Origin: the human T2T-CHM13v2.0 reference genome, Homo sapiens
Strand: one strand, 5' to 3'
Length of the DNA: 64,000 nt
Assembly (NCBI RefSeq): GCF_009914755.1
Contig: NC_060932.1
Shown: piece after piece, positions 1-14,194 of the stretch
Numbering within the stretch: position 1 is the first letter of the stretch
How the letters are laid out: every line of letters begins with the position of its first letter
Program-made: the position numbers and the translations under genes
The notes under the pieces: generated by a model
What the model saw: only the letters and a program-made list of their open reading frames with translations
The model's database searches: none
What the model was told of the DNA's origin: nothing

Positions 1-501
1 GTATTTGTCACTGTATTCATCTTTGTAATTCGCTTTTTAAGGCATGGTTTCCAACGTGGCTACACTCAGATTAACTGGAAAGCAAAGAGACATTTTCTTT
101 ATCTCTATAATTATAATCTCTATAAATAGATTATAATTTCTATAATTATAATTTCTATAAATAGAAAGGTAATATCTTTCATAGTACCTGTTTCAGGCAC
201 AGGGATTATTTTCTTCAATAAATAACATGAGGGGAACTGAGATTTGGATTCAGCATAAAGGAGCATTTCAGATGGTCACTGCTGCTCAGAGGTGAACCAG
301 GTGCCCACCAGAGCAAGGGTGGCTTACGTCAGAGAACAGAGTATTTCTAAAATCACCTTTAACTGAATTTACCCAAGTCCCCACCCTGCCCCCAGAGACT
401 CAGTGATTTCTCTAAAGGCATAGGGAAAATGGACTCAATGGATTTATAAATATAGAACACTCTGAGAGATAAGAGGGACACCTCTGGCTTTGCTTCTATT
501 C

Positions 502-569
502 CCACTCGGCTTTCCTTCTGTGCCCACTTTCCCTTCCACTCGGCTTTCCTTCTGTGCCCACTTTCCCTT
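502..569. repeat. Perfect 34-bp tandem duplication (ccactcggctttccttctgtgcccactttccctt x2), followed by a CT-rich tract to ~667
   Basis: Read directly: 502-535 is identical to 536-569. Confidence 0.95.
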
Positions 570-659
570 CCCTTCCTTTCCCTTCCCTTCCCTTCTCCTT
601 TCTCCCTTCTCCCTTCTCCCTCTTCCCTCCTCCCTCCTCCCTTTCCTTCTTTTCTCTTC

Positions 660-957
<298 letters not shown>

Positions 958-2242
958 TGAACATGGAGATTCCTCCTGAGGGTAGTTTAAAGGCAAGATT
1001 TTGAGACAATTGGTGAATGAAGTCACTAGGCGTAATCAATTTCATAAATGAAGAATATTTTTATAATTAACATGTCTAAAGATATTTTCTAATTGCAACT
1101 GAAAGTTGTTAGATGTTAAAATAATCTAAGGTGATGAGTATTTATCAGTAAAGACAGAAAAGAAGGGATAAGGGTAAGTGCCACCTAAGCTGTGAAATAT
1201 TTTGAAAAGCAAAAAAGTATCATTCTTACTCTGTTCACATACATTTTGGAAGCCCATGTCAGACCTGGGCATACTGCACTGGTCCCTGAAACTCTCTAGT
1301 GTCAATGTGACCATAGACTAAACATGGCCATGAGTGCAGGATGCCGAAATCTTCACAGCACCGCAGCCCTGAGAGAGAAAGAGTGATTAGATACTTGGTG
1401 CTCAAGGACGGAGACTCACAGGATATGGGGTTGGCAACTCTCTGCAGCAACAGGTGCCCAGACCACTGCAAGGCAGGTGGTGCGACTTAGGGAAACTCAG
1501 CCAGGCGTCTGAGATTCTCCTCCCACCAGAGTTCATGACCCTAAACAACCCACTGTGTGTCCGGCTTCCATTTCTTACCTGCAACATGAGATGTACAGAA
1601 CTCCTGGAGCAGATTTCAGGATAAATCTGGAAACATTTGAATAGCTCATGTATTAAACATTTTAAATTAAATTTTGGTCTGACATTAGGGTTTCTGGAAG
1701 TTTCCTAGTTTTCAACATTTGCATGGAGTTTGAAATGTCAAACCATTGTGAAAATGTCTTCCACAGTTTCCAATGTCTAGCCAATCAGGCAAACAGCAAG
1801 CCAAGTGAATTGAGTAAGATAAAGACATTTTAAAATAGAATAATATTGCCCCATAGAACTTGTGTCACTGTTAAGACTGAGAAATATCAGAGAACAGTTT
1901 CTTAAGTTGCTCAATTGTGGTAGAAAAGGTTAAATAAAAGGGAAAAATTGCCTAATATGTACTCTCCTCCAAAACCTGAAAGTGGCAGGCACACAAGGCA
2001 GTACTCTAAAACCAGGAAGTCCTAAAATGAAAAAGTCCAGAAGTAGACATCCACTGGAGCAAACCACTACAAAACATGTGAAAATACAAAGTAAATTCTA
2101 GAGGAATCCAGGAAGTCAGAGAATTGCCTAGGCCAGTGTGAGCAAGATTTGACAGCACAAACTTATTCACACTATGAAAAGTGAATACAAGAGCCTAACG
2201 GTAAATGAACCTAATAATTTATTTATCATCATTTTTACTATT

Positions 2243-2529
2243 AATTTTGAGACAAGGTTTCACTCTGTCACCTAGGCTGGAGTACAGGGGTGCAATTATG
2301 GCTCATTGCAGTCTCGATCTCACCAGGCTCAGGTGATCCTCCCACCACAGTCTCCTGAGTAGCTGGAACTACAGGTGCATGACAGCATGCCTGGCTAATT
2401 TTTGTTATTTTTTGTAGAGAGAGTTTTGCCGTGTTGCCCAGGCTGGTCTTGAACTCCTGGGCTCAAGCCATCCTCCTGCCTTGGCCACCCAATATGCTGG
2501 AATTACAAGGGTGAACCACTGTGCCCAGC
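2243..2529 (-). mobile_element. Alu (AluJ-like)
   Basis: ttttgagacaagg...ctcctgggctcaagccatcctcc...gaaccactgtgcccagc. Confidence 0.9.
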
Positions 2530-3176
2530 AATCATTATTAACAGTATGCCTTTTGGTATAGTGTTCTTACAAATTAAAAAAAAAAAAAGTTTTCACACCC
2601 ATTCTCTTATTTGAGGCTCTGTAAAACTCTAAGGTAGTTAGAGTAGCCTTATTCTATTTAGACACCTGCCCCTGCCTCCCACCCCAGCTGCCAATGGGAA
2701 TGGCCCACAGAAATCAACAAGAATGTCCTAGAGGTCAAGTGATGCTGTGTTAATCACAAGGCCAGCAAACAGGCACCTAACCCACTTCCATTCCTGGATC
2801 TAGCAAGAAGGAACACAGAAGCTCCAAATTCAAAGCTGCGTCTGTTGCATGTAGCCAGACATAAGTGGAAAAATTCAGTCTCTATTATTAGAAGGCCTGC
2901 ACTTCGAAGCTGAGGCCTGAACAGATCCCAACCTTTTTTGGAAGCTGCTTTCTCTTACGTAAAACATAGACACTGGTAATCCTACTACCAACACTTGTGA
3001 TAAGAACAGCATATATTTGTTCAACAATGTTTACATACCTACTGTGTAGACTTAGGCCAGGTACCAGAGAGATGGAGGTAAATATAGGAATAGGTTCCTC
3101 GCCAGGATTCTGTAGTCTAGAAGAGGACAGAGAAAAAACAGAAAGGTGTCTTGTGAACTAGAAAATCCTAAATGGG

Positions 3177-3543
3177 TTTATTAGTCCATTCTCTCACTAC
3201 TATAAAGAAATACCCGAGACTGGGTAATTTATAAAGGAAAGAGGTTTAATTGACTCACAGTTCCACATGGCTGATGAGGCCTCAGGAAATTTACAATCAT
3301 GGAGGAAGGCGAAGCAGGCACCTCCTTCACAAGACTGGAGGAAAGAAGTGGAGTGAGTGAAGAGGGAAGGGCCCCTTATAAAACCAACAGATCTAGTGAG
3401 AACTCATTCTCATGAGAACAGCATGGGGGAAACCATCCCCATGACCCAGTAATTTCCCACCAGGCCCCGCCTTCGACGTGTGGGGATTATAGGGATTACA
3501 ATTCGAGAGGAGATCTGTGTGGGGACACAGCCCAACCATATCA
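3177..3543 (-). mobile_element. MaLR solo LTR (THE1/MST family)
   Basis: tattagtccattctc...gagactgggtaatttataaaggaaagaggtttaattgactcacagttcc...aaccatatca; 5-bp TSD ATGGG at 3172-3176 and 3544-3548. Confidence 0.9.
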
Positions 3544-3905
3544 ATGGGCAATCGCATTTATTTAAAGGAGATGGGAATGGTGGGCCTAGCTCAAATGTCA
3601 AAAGTGAGAAAAGGGAACTGGGTTTCCAAAGCCTCCTGTATGAAGCCGTGGCTTTGCTTCCTGCTTGTAGTGGCCCCTGGAGTCCTAACTGTGACTTCTA
3701 TGTGTAAAATGGCTACAGAATTGGATTTATGACTATAAACATGTTATGTAAGGGAGGCAATGATTTAAGTGCAGCCAGGGTATTTTTACATTTCATGTGA
3801 AACTTGAAAGGTCACCTGAACCAAAGTTCAGGTCAAGACCCTCCAGCTCCTCTCCACCCACAGCTTTCCACACAAGATTTAGTTGAGATGTAAATACCAG
3901 AATCA

Positions 3906-4277
<372 letters not shown>

Positions 4278-4779
4278 TCACCACACACTCAGACCTTTAC
4301 AAACATGTGGAGTAGAAATGTGTAAGGGGAAAGGAGAAGCGGAGGAAAGTGTTGGGGACAGGTTATGTGGAGTTAGCTGCAAAAGTAGGAGTAGTAATTG
4401 GAAGCTAGGCCAGGTAAAAGGGCTGGAACGCCTGTGTCCCGCCATCGCAGGGGGACCACCACAGTTCAGGGCTCCAGGCCAGACCTTGGAATGGGAAGCC
4501 ACCGTTTTCCTTGGTCACAGACAGCACCAGGACCTCAACAGTTCCTCTGCAGCCCACTATGGGACAGTGAAAAGAGTAATAGGATGAGGATCAGGAGGCT
4601 GGAGCTTCAGCACAACACAGCCATTACTTGGGCAAGTATGCGTCAAACACCAGGGCCTCAGTTTCCAGATGTGTGAAATGGGAGAGCGGGAGCAGATAAG
4701 ATCAAGAGCCCCTCTGGCCCTCTGAGTTGTGGTGATGTCAGGATGGCATAATTCAAACACCAGGGACGTGTGTAATGAA

Positions 4780-4930
4780 TAAGCTTCACTACGTACTAGC
4801 TGTGTGAATTTGGAAAAGTCACTAAACTTTTCTAAGCCCTACTTTCCTCAGAGTTAAATGTGGATGATGGTTCCTCTTAGGTGGAAGGGACTAAATGAGA
4901 GCATGCACACAAATCCCAGGGCATAGGGCT
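4780..4930 (+). mobile_element. MIR fragment
   Basis: tactagctgtgtgaatttggaaaagtcactaaacttttctaagccctactttcctca resembles the MIR core. Confidence 0.65.
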
Positions 4931-5094
4931 GGTGATGGTGGAGGTTAATTTGTTTCCATCCCCTCATTGGGGTCCTCTGGTGGGTGCCCTCTGAGAGTCC
5001 TGATTCAAATTCTAGCAGGACTTTGGAAGAAGGCATCCCACAGGGGAGCCCCAGGGAAAGAGGAGATGGAGTTTAGCCACCCAGCATGCCTTTT

Positions 5095-5388
5095 ATTTTA
5101 TTTTAGTTTTTGCTTTAGAAACAAGATCTTGCTCTGTTGCCCAGAATGGATGGAGTGTAGTGGCATGATCATAGTCCACTACACCCTTGAACTTCTGGGC
5201 TCAAGCAATCGTTTCACCTCAGTCTCTAGAGTAGCTGGGACAACAGGCGTGTGCCTCCACACCTGACTAATTCTTATCTTTTGTTCTGCTGCCCAGGCTG
5301 GTCTCAAATCCCTGGTATCAAGGGATCCTCCTGCCTTGGCCTCCTGAAGCACTGGGCTATAGGTGTGAACCACTACACCTGGTTCCCA
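5095..5388 (-). mobile_element. Alu (AluJ-like), diverged
   Basis: Reverse Alu motifs; ccagcatgccttt occurs at both ends, a probable TSD. Confidence 0.85.
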
Positions 5389-5455
5389 GCATGCCTTTAA
5401 GCAAGTCCTGAGCATCAGTGAGCTTCACTTACCTTACATGCAAAATGAAGGTACT

Positions 5456-5760
5456 GGCTGGGCGCGGTGGCTCACGCCTGTAATCACAGCACTTCAGGAG
5501 GCTGAGGCAGACAGATCACTTGAGGCCAGCAGTTCAAGACCAGCCTGGCCAACATGGCGAAACCCTGCCTCTACTGAAAATACAAAAATTAGCTGGGCGT
5601 GGTGGCGCAGCTCTGTAGTCCCAGCTACTCAGGAGAGGCTGAGGCATAAGAATCGCTTGAACCCAGGAAGAAGAGGTTACAGCAAATCGAGATTGCAGCA
5701 CTGCACTCCAGCCTGGGTGACAGAGCGAGACTCTGTCTCTAAATAAATAAATAAAATAAC
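5456..5760 (+). mobile_element. Alu (AluS-like) inserted in a MIR-like sequence
   Basis: Full dimer with (TAAA)n tail; TSD atgaag(g/a)tact at 5445-5455 and 5761-5771. Confidence 0.95.
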
Positions 5761-7527
5761 ATGAAGATACTATTTCTTGCCCTATCTACCTCTTAAGGCT
5801 ATTGTGAGAGCAAACAGGATGCACATGGAATGTTCTTTGAATTCTAAAGAGGAATTCAAATGCCAGTGCAAGAGGAGAGTGAGGGATGGGTGTCTGCACC
5901 ACTAAACGGCTTCCTGCTCACTTGGGGGACAGTGGCTGTGCATGCACCACCACAACTGGCTAATTTAAAAAAAACCCTTTTTTTTAGAGATGGGGTGTGC
6001 TATGTTGCTTAGACTTTTCTGAGAGACAAATTGGCTGTGCTTCCAACATGAAACGTATGTGCTAAGAAAATGCACGTAAAGAGTCCCAAGTTTGTGCCTC
6101 CCTGATCTCCAAGCCCTAATTCTACCCATTTTAAACTTTCCTCACTAGTCTCTGCTCTATGGCTTCTGGGCGACATGCCAACAGAGTCTCCATGCAAGAC
6201 CCTTGGAACAAGTTACTCACTTCCTCTAAACGACTGATCACGAACATAATTAAATAGGGATTTGAATGAAAGAGCAGCTTGTGGGAAAGTGCAAAGGATG
6301 CCATCACACGTATTTCCTATTATTAGCTTGAATTTTAAATTTCCTTTAGGTGCCCCAAAGAAGGGAAACCTTCATTAGGCAGTGGAGACGTAGACAGATG
6401 GTCCAAAGGCCTTTGGAGCCTTCAGAAAATGGTGGCTGTCTCCCCTGACGTTTTGTTAGTCATCTTAGGCAGAAAAATAGGCACCTGGTATGGTATAAAG
6501 GGAACTTCATGGCAAAATGCACCTACAATTCGGTTGTAATTGATTAATTTACTTAACTGCCTTCTGGTCATTTTGAAACTTTCTCCACGTATATATTTAC
6601 AACCCTGTGGCCATTATGTAATGATGACATAATTATTGGTAAGGTGTAAGGAAAATACGGGGTCTAGGATTGCAGTGGCGTGAAATTAGATGTCTGATGA
6701 CCTGTCTGTACTATGCAATGAATCACCGTCATGAAGCAGAATTCACACATTGGGTTCAGTCACTGTACTACATGTATAGACTGAAAACTGGAAAAATATG
6801 CAAAGCTATCAAAAGGTTTGCAAATATTCAGGTACTTGATGTCATATAGGTAACTTACCTCATAACTTCTATGTTGTCTTGGTGTAATACAGACAGACTC
6901 AAAGTCATGAGGCGGTAGGCTATGGCAGAATTTTTTTTAACTCCCAGCTGCAAAACGAAACCAATATCATAAAAATGATAGCTCCACTTACTAACTCCTT
7001 GGTAGTCAAATACATTGTACAAGAGCAGGCAGTCTTTTCATCTCTCTCTAGCATGTCTTCCCAAAACATGGGCTGATCCCATTGAAAAGCACCAAATTAT
7101 AGAGACCTTCCAAGATTACTGGTCCAATCCCATATCTTAAGTGAGAACCTGATAGATTGTTAGCAGATTTTTGGCTAAAAACTTCAGCCATTTAAAAACA
7201 ATCAAAATTTGCAGTGTTTGGAAAAATGAATTCTAGTTGATTAAATCTCCAAGGGCAAACATTTTTACAATGAAATATTTCAAAGTTCAGAATGGTTCCA
7301 CAGCCACTGCAAAAACAAGAACCAAATATGAGTGCTCCCCGAAGAATTCTAAAAACAGAAAACCCAACTCAAACCAAAACGTGCACACAAAAAATATTAC
7401 TGCCTTGCAAAACAAATATCCAAATCTATATTCAGTAACAACTCTGCTTTATAAAAATAAAATCTCCAAATTTGAGAATACATTATTTCCATGTAATGCA
7501 GTTATTCTTGACCTCTTATGCCATTTT

Positions 7528-9115
7528 GCCCATACTGCCCAAAGTAATTTATAGATTCAATGCTGTCCCCATCAAGCTGCCATTGACTTTCTTCACAGAA
7601 TTAGAAAAAAACTACTTTAAATTTCATACGGAACCAAAAAAGAGACCGCATAGCCAAGACAATCCTAAACAAAAAGAACAAAGCTGGAAGCATCACACTA
7701 CCTTACTTCAAACTACACTACAAGGCTATGGTAACCGAAACAGCAATGTACTGATATCAAAACAGATATATAGACCAATGGAACAGAACAGAGGCCTCAG
7801 AAATAGCACCACACATCTACAACCATCTGATCTTTGACAAACCTGACAAATACAAGGAATGGGGAAAAGATTCCCTGTTTAATAAATAGTGCTGGGAAAA
7901 CTGGCTAGCTATATGCAGAAAACTGAAATTGGACCCCTTCCTTACGCCTTATACAAAAATTAACTCAAGATGGATTAAAGACTTAAACGTAAGACCTAAA
8001 ACGATAAAAACCCTAGAAGAAAACCTAGGCAATACCATTCAGGACATAGGCATGGACAAAGACTTCATGACTGAAATACCAAAAGCAATGGCAACAAAAG
8101 CCAAAACTGACAAATGGGATCTAATTAAACTAAAGAACTTCTGCACAGCAAAAGAAACTACCATTAGAGTGAGCAGGCAACCTACAGAATGGGAAAAAAT
8201 GTTTGCAATCTATCCATCTGAAAAAGGGCTAATATTCAGAATCTAAAAAGAACTTAAACAAATTTACCAGGAAAAAAAAATCAAAAAGTGGGCAAAGGAT
8301 ATGAACAGACACTTCTCAAAAGAAGACATTTATGTGGCCAATAAATATATAAAAAAAGCTCATCATCACTGGTCATTGGAGAAATGCAGATCAAAAACAC
8401 AGTGAGATAACCATCTCATGCCTGTTAGAATGGTGATCATTAAAAAGCCAGGAAACAACACATGCCGGAGAGATGTGGAGAAATAGGAACGCTTTTACAC
8501 TGTTGGTGGGAGTGTAAATTAGTTCAACCATTGTGGAAGACAGTGTGGCAATTCCTCAAGAATCTAGAACTAGAAATACCATTTGACCCAGCAATCCCAT
8601 TACTGGGTATATAACCAAAGGATTATAAATCATTCTACTATAAAGACACATACACATGTACGTTTATTTCAGCACTCTTCACAATAGCAGAGACTTGGAA
8701 CCAACCCAAATGCCCATCAATGATAGACTGGATAAAGAAAATGTGGCACATATACACAAGGGAATACTATGTAGCCATAAAAAAGGATGAGTTCATGTCC
8801 TTTGCAGGGACATGGACGAAGCTGGAAACCATCAATCTCAGCAGACTAACAGAGGAACAGAAAACCAAATACCGCATGTTCTCACTCATAAGTGGGAGTT
8901 GAACAATGAGAACACATGGACACAGGGAGGGGAACATCACACATGAGGGCCTATCAGGGGGTGGAGGACTAGGGGAGGGATAGCATTAGGAGAAGTACCT
9001 AAAGTAGATGATGGGTTAATGGGTGCAGCAAACCACCATGGCACGTGTACACCTATAACGTGTATATGTGTAACAAATCTGCAAGTTCTGCAGATATATC
9101 CCAGAACTTAGAGTA
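7528..9115 (+). mobile_element. 5'-truncated L1 (L1PA7-like): 3' part of ORF2 plus 3'UTR
   Basis: Translates to ORF2 C-terminal peptides ([11 protein letters not shown]; [19 protein letters not shown]; IDWIKKMWHIYT); G-rich 3'UTR. Candidate TSD atgccattttg at 7518-7528 and 9297-9307. Confidence 0.95.
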
Positions 9116-9127
9116 TGTGTGTATATA

Positions 9128-9706
9128 TGTCCAGCAACAAACTTGATGCCTATGATGTTCTGGTCTAGGGTTCAGTCCAGGGAACGCCACCTCTCACCTC
9201 AATCCATATATATATATAAAATTTACATAATGTATATTATATATATAAAGAATTATGCCTATATATTATATATGTGTTATATATATAAAAAGAATAATGC
9301 CATTTTGTAATAGAGAAAAACAGTAAAATAGACAAAAATTAATTTCTTCCTTTCCAATCAATTAGATCTAAAAACAAGAAGTTCTCTCTCATAAGATGAA
9401 TGAGGTGTTAGTTTTAGGAGATAGACAAGCACCCAACAGGAATCTGTGAGATTAAGAAATAAAAGATCATACTTGGGAATACAGTGTAGTCTTGCTCTGA
9501 AGGAAAAACCTCCTCGCTCTGTTCTCCTGGTTGAGATCATTCTAGGAACTTAGGGTTCGGATTATTTATATTCATTAGGGCTTTTGCAAGGCAAAGCAAA
9601 CAAGAGAGGAGAAGCAAAGCTGGGACCTGTCCAGCAACAAATTCGATGCCTATGATGTTCTGGTCTAGGTTTCACTCCAGGGAGCACCACCTCTCACCTC
9701 GATCCA
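9128..9706 (+). repeat. 79-bp dispersed direct repeat (9128-9206 and 9628-9706)
   Basis: Manual alignment: 7 mismatches in 79 bp, no gaps, offset exactly 500 bp. Confidence 0.95.
9207..9290. repeat. (TA)n-rich microsatellite derived from the L1 tail
   Basis: tatatatataaaatttacataatgtatattatatatata... Confidence 0.9.
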
Positions 9707-11258
9707 GACCACTGGGAATTAGAAGTCAAGCTGCCAACAGAATGAAGGGACAAAGGTCAGTGGCCACAAACTGCCTGCTAAGTCCTTCCGAAGTCTCCAT
9801 ATTCACAAATACCATCTAAACAGATGCCTCCAGAGCATCTTAAAGACAATATAAATAAGAAGCTAAGGCGTCAAACAGGCTTATCTCCTGATGGACTCTT
9901 CCAGGGTGACATATAAGTAGCAGAGTGCAAGAGACAGCTCTCCTATAAGACTTCATGCTCTAGGAAATTCACAAGCACAGAAATCAATCCATTTAAGGAC
10001 CAGCACCGTGGGGGTGGTTGACTTTGAACACATATAAAGCATTATCTCTACATTTTCTCTAAGTTCCCATACTGAGAATTGGCCTCTGGGCTCTGGGTTC
10101 CAAAGCCATTTCCTGGTGTATTTCTTAGGACTGTAATTTTTCAAGGGTAAAATTCTGAGACTTAGGAAAAGCTCTTGCATGTCGCTGTAGTAGAAACTGA
10201 GCAAGAGCAATTCTGAGTGGAATTCACTTTCCAGTCAGGTGTCAGCACAGTTTCAGATATGTCATCAATTTGAGTAAATACAATGTGCAACTTATTTCTT
10301 GTCATTATTTTTACTTATTAGCTTGGGAGGTTTACTTTTTGGAAAGCAAGATAACATTTCAAAATGATACTGTGTCATACCTCAAAAGGAAGAAACATCA
10401 TTAAGAAGGTACAAATAATCCCTAAACAGCAACATTTATATAGTACTCTTCAGTTCACAAGTTCCTCTTAAAAATGACCCTATTTGATTTCAAAACACTC
10501 TCATAAGGTAGGCAGGGAAAATATTATAATGTCATTTTTACAAATAAAGAGACTGAGAGGCTCAGACTGGTGAGGTCAACCGCCAACCCTCAGCTGACAT
10601 TATTAATAGAAAAATAAGGACTTAAACCTTCTCCTCTCAGTAGCATTCAATAGTAATTGTTCATGTATCTCATTTTCCTTAACAAAATAATAATAATATT
10701 GATAATAATAACATAACACCCTTGATTCTTGACCCCTGGTGACCACAACTAATTTCAGAATACATAAACATAAGGGCAAATTGTAACTGTTTTCTTTAAT
10801 ACTCATTTGAATATTACACAGAAAAAAATCAGTAAATATTTATTGAGGGCCTGTGATGTGTTCAGTGATGGGGATATCAAGTGCTTAAGATAATAAGCTG
10901 AAATTATACATTTTACTTAAATAGCACTGAATATTCACATATATCAAACTATGTACAATTTTGTTTGGTACATTTATATGCATCAAAATATGTAGACAAC
11001 ATGAATCAGTGACTGAATTTTTCACTTTTCGTGTTGATATTTTGTCACTTTACATAGAAAAATCAAAGACCAAAGATGAAAAATATCTGGTACTCTGAAT
11101 CCTCCATTCTTTCACTAGGGATGTGATACTAATGCAAAAAGCTCTGGTGGGACCAGATGCAGAGGCCGCAGAAGGAGACCAGGACGTAGACTTGTGCCAG
11201 CCTGCCTCTTTGTTGGGTTTGTTCAGGCAGGCTCTTCTCGCTATCTGACCTTCAAACC

Positions 11259-11410
11259 TGATAATCATTGGCTTGATTTGAATAATCTGCCCAGCCCTGA
11301 AAAACTAACCCGCTGACTAAGGGGTGGGAGATACTAATTGGCTAGACTAGGATCCCATGTTCAACCCTAGATCCAGAAGTAGGGATTAATTCTACTCCTA
11401 AACATGGATC
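11259..11410. mobile_element. Old MaLR (MLT1-like) fragment; source of a 53-bp copy at 14621-14673
   Basis: attggcttgatttg...tgcccagccctgaa...ctaattggctagactagg resembles the MLT1 internal repeat (consensus from memory). Confidence 0.5.
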
Positions 11411-11904
11411 TATATTGGAGTGGTAGTAAAAATTTAGAGTGCTTTGACCAAAAGTGGGGAGTCTAGATGGTCAAAAGTAAATAAATAAATAGAAAAGATG
11501 TAATACAGGGGTTGATCTGTAAAACAACAACAATAATAACAATAATAAGTTGGTCTGATGGTCTATCCTGGGAAGCACAGACCTAACTTATACTGCTTCC
11601 AGGGGTGGATGCTACTTAGCACTGTAACTAGGTATCAGGAATTCTCGTTTCTTATCTCAACTTGTTTTGAGAAAAGAAATGAGAATTCCTTAAGAATTCT
11701 CATTAAGAGAGAGAACACGTCCTTTTACACAGATACTTCACATTGAACTTCTACTAAGTTTATATGTAAAAAACTTGACTGAAACAAACAAAAAGAATCC
11801 TATGAATTTGCCCATGTTGTGCCTATAAGTTATTCCCTTTTTTTCAATATTATAAAGAGGAAACTTTTGTTTCAATTTTATAAGTAAAGACAAATTTCCA
11901 TTGT

Positions 11905-12265
11905 TTTAAAATTTTACTTTAAGTTCTGGGATATGTGTGCAGAATGTGCAGGTTTGTTACATAGGTATGCATGTGCCATGATGGTTTGCTGCACCTATCA
12001 ACCCATCATCTAGGTTTTAAGCCCCACATGCATTAGGTATTTGTCCTAATGCTCTCCCTCCTCTTCCCTCCAACCCCTGACAGGCCCCAGTGTGTGATGT
12101 TCCCCTCCCTGTGTCCATGTGTTCTCATTGTTTGACTTCCACTTATGAGTGAGAACATGTGGTGTTTGGTTTTCTGTTCCTGTGTTAGTTTGCTGAGAAT
12201 GATGGTTTCCAGCTTCATCCATATCCCTGCAATGGACATGAACTCATTTTATTTTTATGGCTGCA
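11905..12265 (-). mobile_element. L1PA7/8-like 3' end fragment
   Basis: tactttaagttctgggatatgtgtgcagaatgtgcagg...; the minus-strand ORF WMKLETIILSKLTQEQKTKH is the ORF2 C-terminus. Confidence 0.95.
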
Positions 12266-12329
12266 CCTATATGTTATTCTTTCACTGCTTCTACTCCATG
12301 GTCCCTTTGGACAACACTAAAGATTCAGG

Positions 12330-12941
12330 TGGAAACCAAAAATAAAATTCTAAGCACCTCCCTACCCAACCATCTGAATGGACTCCCTCCTCAGCCAGGG
12401 GACCCCAGAGTTAACCTGAAAGACTACTTCAGGCCATGATGGGAAGGGTGGGTGTGTCAGACATGCCTCATTATGCTCTCCTCCCTTTTGGAATTCAGGA
12501 AAAGCCGACCAGCATTTAACATCAACACAGACCCTGAGTCTGATAAGAAATATGTATAATCTACTCTCTCTGAATCCTGCTACCTGGAGGTTTCATCTAC
12601 ATGATCAAACTTTGCTCTCCACAACCTCTTATCATAACCTACACATTTCACTTTTCAACCAATTGCCAATCAGAACATTTTTAAATCTACCTATAACCCG
12701 GAACCACCCTTCATCTTCGAGTTGTCCCGCCTTTCTGGACTAAGCCAATGTATATCTTAAATGTATTTGATTGATGTCTCATGTCTTCCTAAAATGTATA
12801 AAACCAAGCCGTGCCCTGACCACCTTAGGCACATGTTCTCAGGGTCTCCTGAGGGCTGTGTCATGGGCCATGGTCACTCATATTTGGCTCACAATAAATC
12901 TCTTCAAATATTTTATAGAATTTGACCTCTTTTCATTGACA
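12330..12941 (+). mobile_element. ERV1 MER4-group solo LTR
   Basis: aaccaaaataaaattctaag...ccaattgccaatcag...aaaatgtataaaaccaagc...aataaatctcttcaaatattttatagaatttgac...ttgaca matches MER4-type LTR ends. Confidence 0.85.
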
Positions 12942-13814
12942 CAGAATAGACCACTGCCTTCCTTAAATAGCTAATTCCAACCTTCCTCACTCCTCTCCCT
13001 CTTGCTCCTGTAGAATGCTATCATCAACATTCTTAGAAAGATTGTCTGCTTCAGATGAATTTATACCTGACCTGGAGAAAACTTGCTTGTCTTGGTTATC
13101 ATCCAACATGAAAGCTGCCCTCTTAGGCATTCAAAAAATTCAGTGAAAAAATACTGTTCTAAACACAGTTTGTTAGGGTTAAATGCTTTTTCAACTCACA
13201 TAAAAAAAGAGGGCCTCCCTCAGGAGGCAATGCATAGGAACTTATCAAAAACAGTGCCCTTTAAATAATGTCTGCCTTATTAAAAGAAACAGGCTGGAAA
13301 GGGGATTCGAGTCTCAAATGGTTTGTACTATTACTACTAATAGTTGAGAGTTAGGAAGTGAAAAATCTAGAAAATGAAACTTTCTTGGCTCCTATTTTAC
13401 TAAATAAAACTCCTAACCCTCGTAACTATGGAGACAGATTTATAAATTAATTCCCTAATAACTTGTCCTGGGTTCCCTAGAAAACAATAACAATGCTTGA
13501 ATCAAAATTGTATGTGCTGTTACTTTTATGGGGGTTGGGGGAGAGACGCAATCCCAGAGAAATAAGAATAAGGCGAAAAGAGGAAGTGAGGCAAAGGAAG
13601 GAGGAAACACAAATACAAAGAAGTGCCTCATAGAACTGGACAAGCTGGCTGCTTGATCTTGCAGGATATCTCCTGAGAATGATATAAAACTACCGTACCC
13701 AGGAACAGTCCGTCCACGGCGGGAGGAAAAGTGAGCAATTCCTTATGTTGCAGTAGGAGTAATAACTTTCTGCTACTTATTACATCTTACTTAGATGCAG
13801 AAGCCATATTTGTA

Positions 13815-14132
13815 CTTTTTTTTTTTTTTTTTTTGGAAACACGTTCTGTCTCTGTCACCCAGGCTGATGTGCAGTGGCGAGATCATGGCTTACTGCTGCC
13901 TTGACCTACCTGGGCTTAAGAGATACTTCCACCTCAGCCTCCCAAGTAGCTGGTACCACAGGCATGTGCCACCATACCCAGCTAATTTTTTTTTTTTTTT
14001 GTATTTTACAGAGTTGGGGTTTCACCATGTTGCTTAGGCTGGTCATCTTGAACTCCTGGGCTCAAGGGGTCCACCTAACTCAGCCTCCCAAAGTGCTGGA
14101 ATTATAGGCAAGAGCGCCACAATGCCCAGCCT
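13815..14132 (-). mobile_element. Alu (AluJ-like)
   Basis: Reverse dimer; TSD catatttgta at 13805-13814 and 14133-14142. Confidence 0.92.
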
Positions 14133-14194
14133 CATATTTGTAATTTAATTATTTTTGCAATTTAATAAACTGTACAACACCATAAGTATGAGGA

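Noticed and set aside
7237-7554. 105-aa Lys/Asn-rich ORF just upstream of the truncated L1
   Set aside because: It has a TTG start, A-rich composition and no recognisable homology or splice structure.
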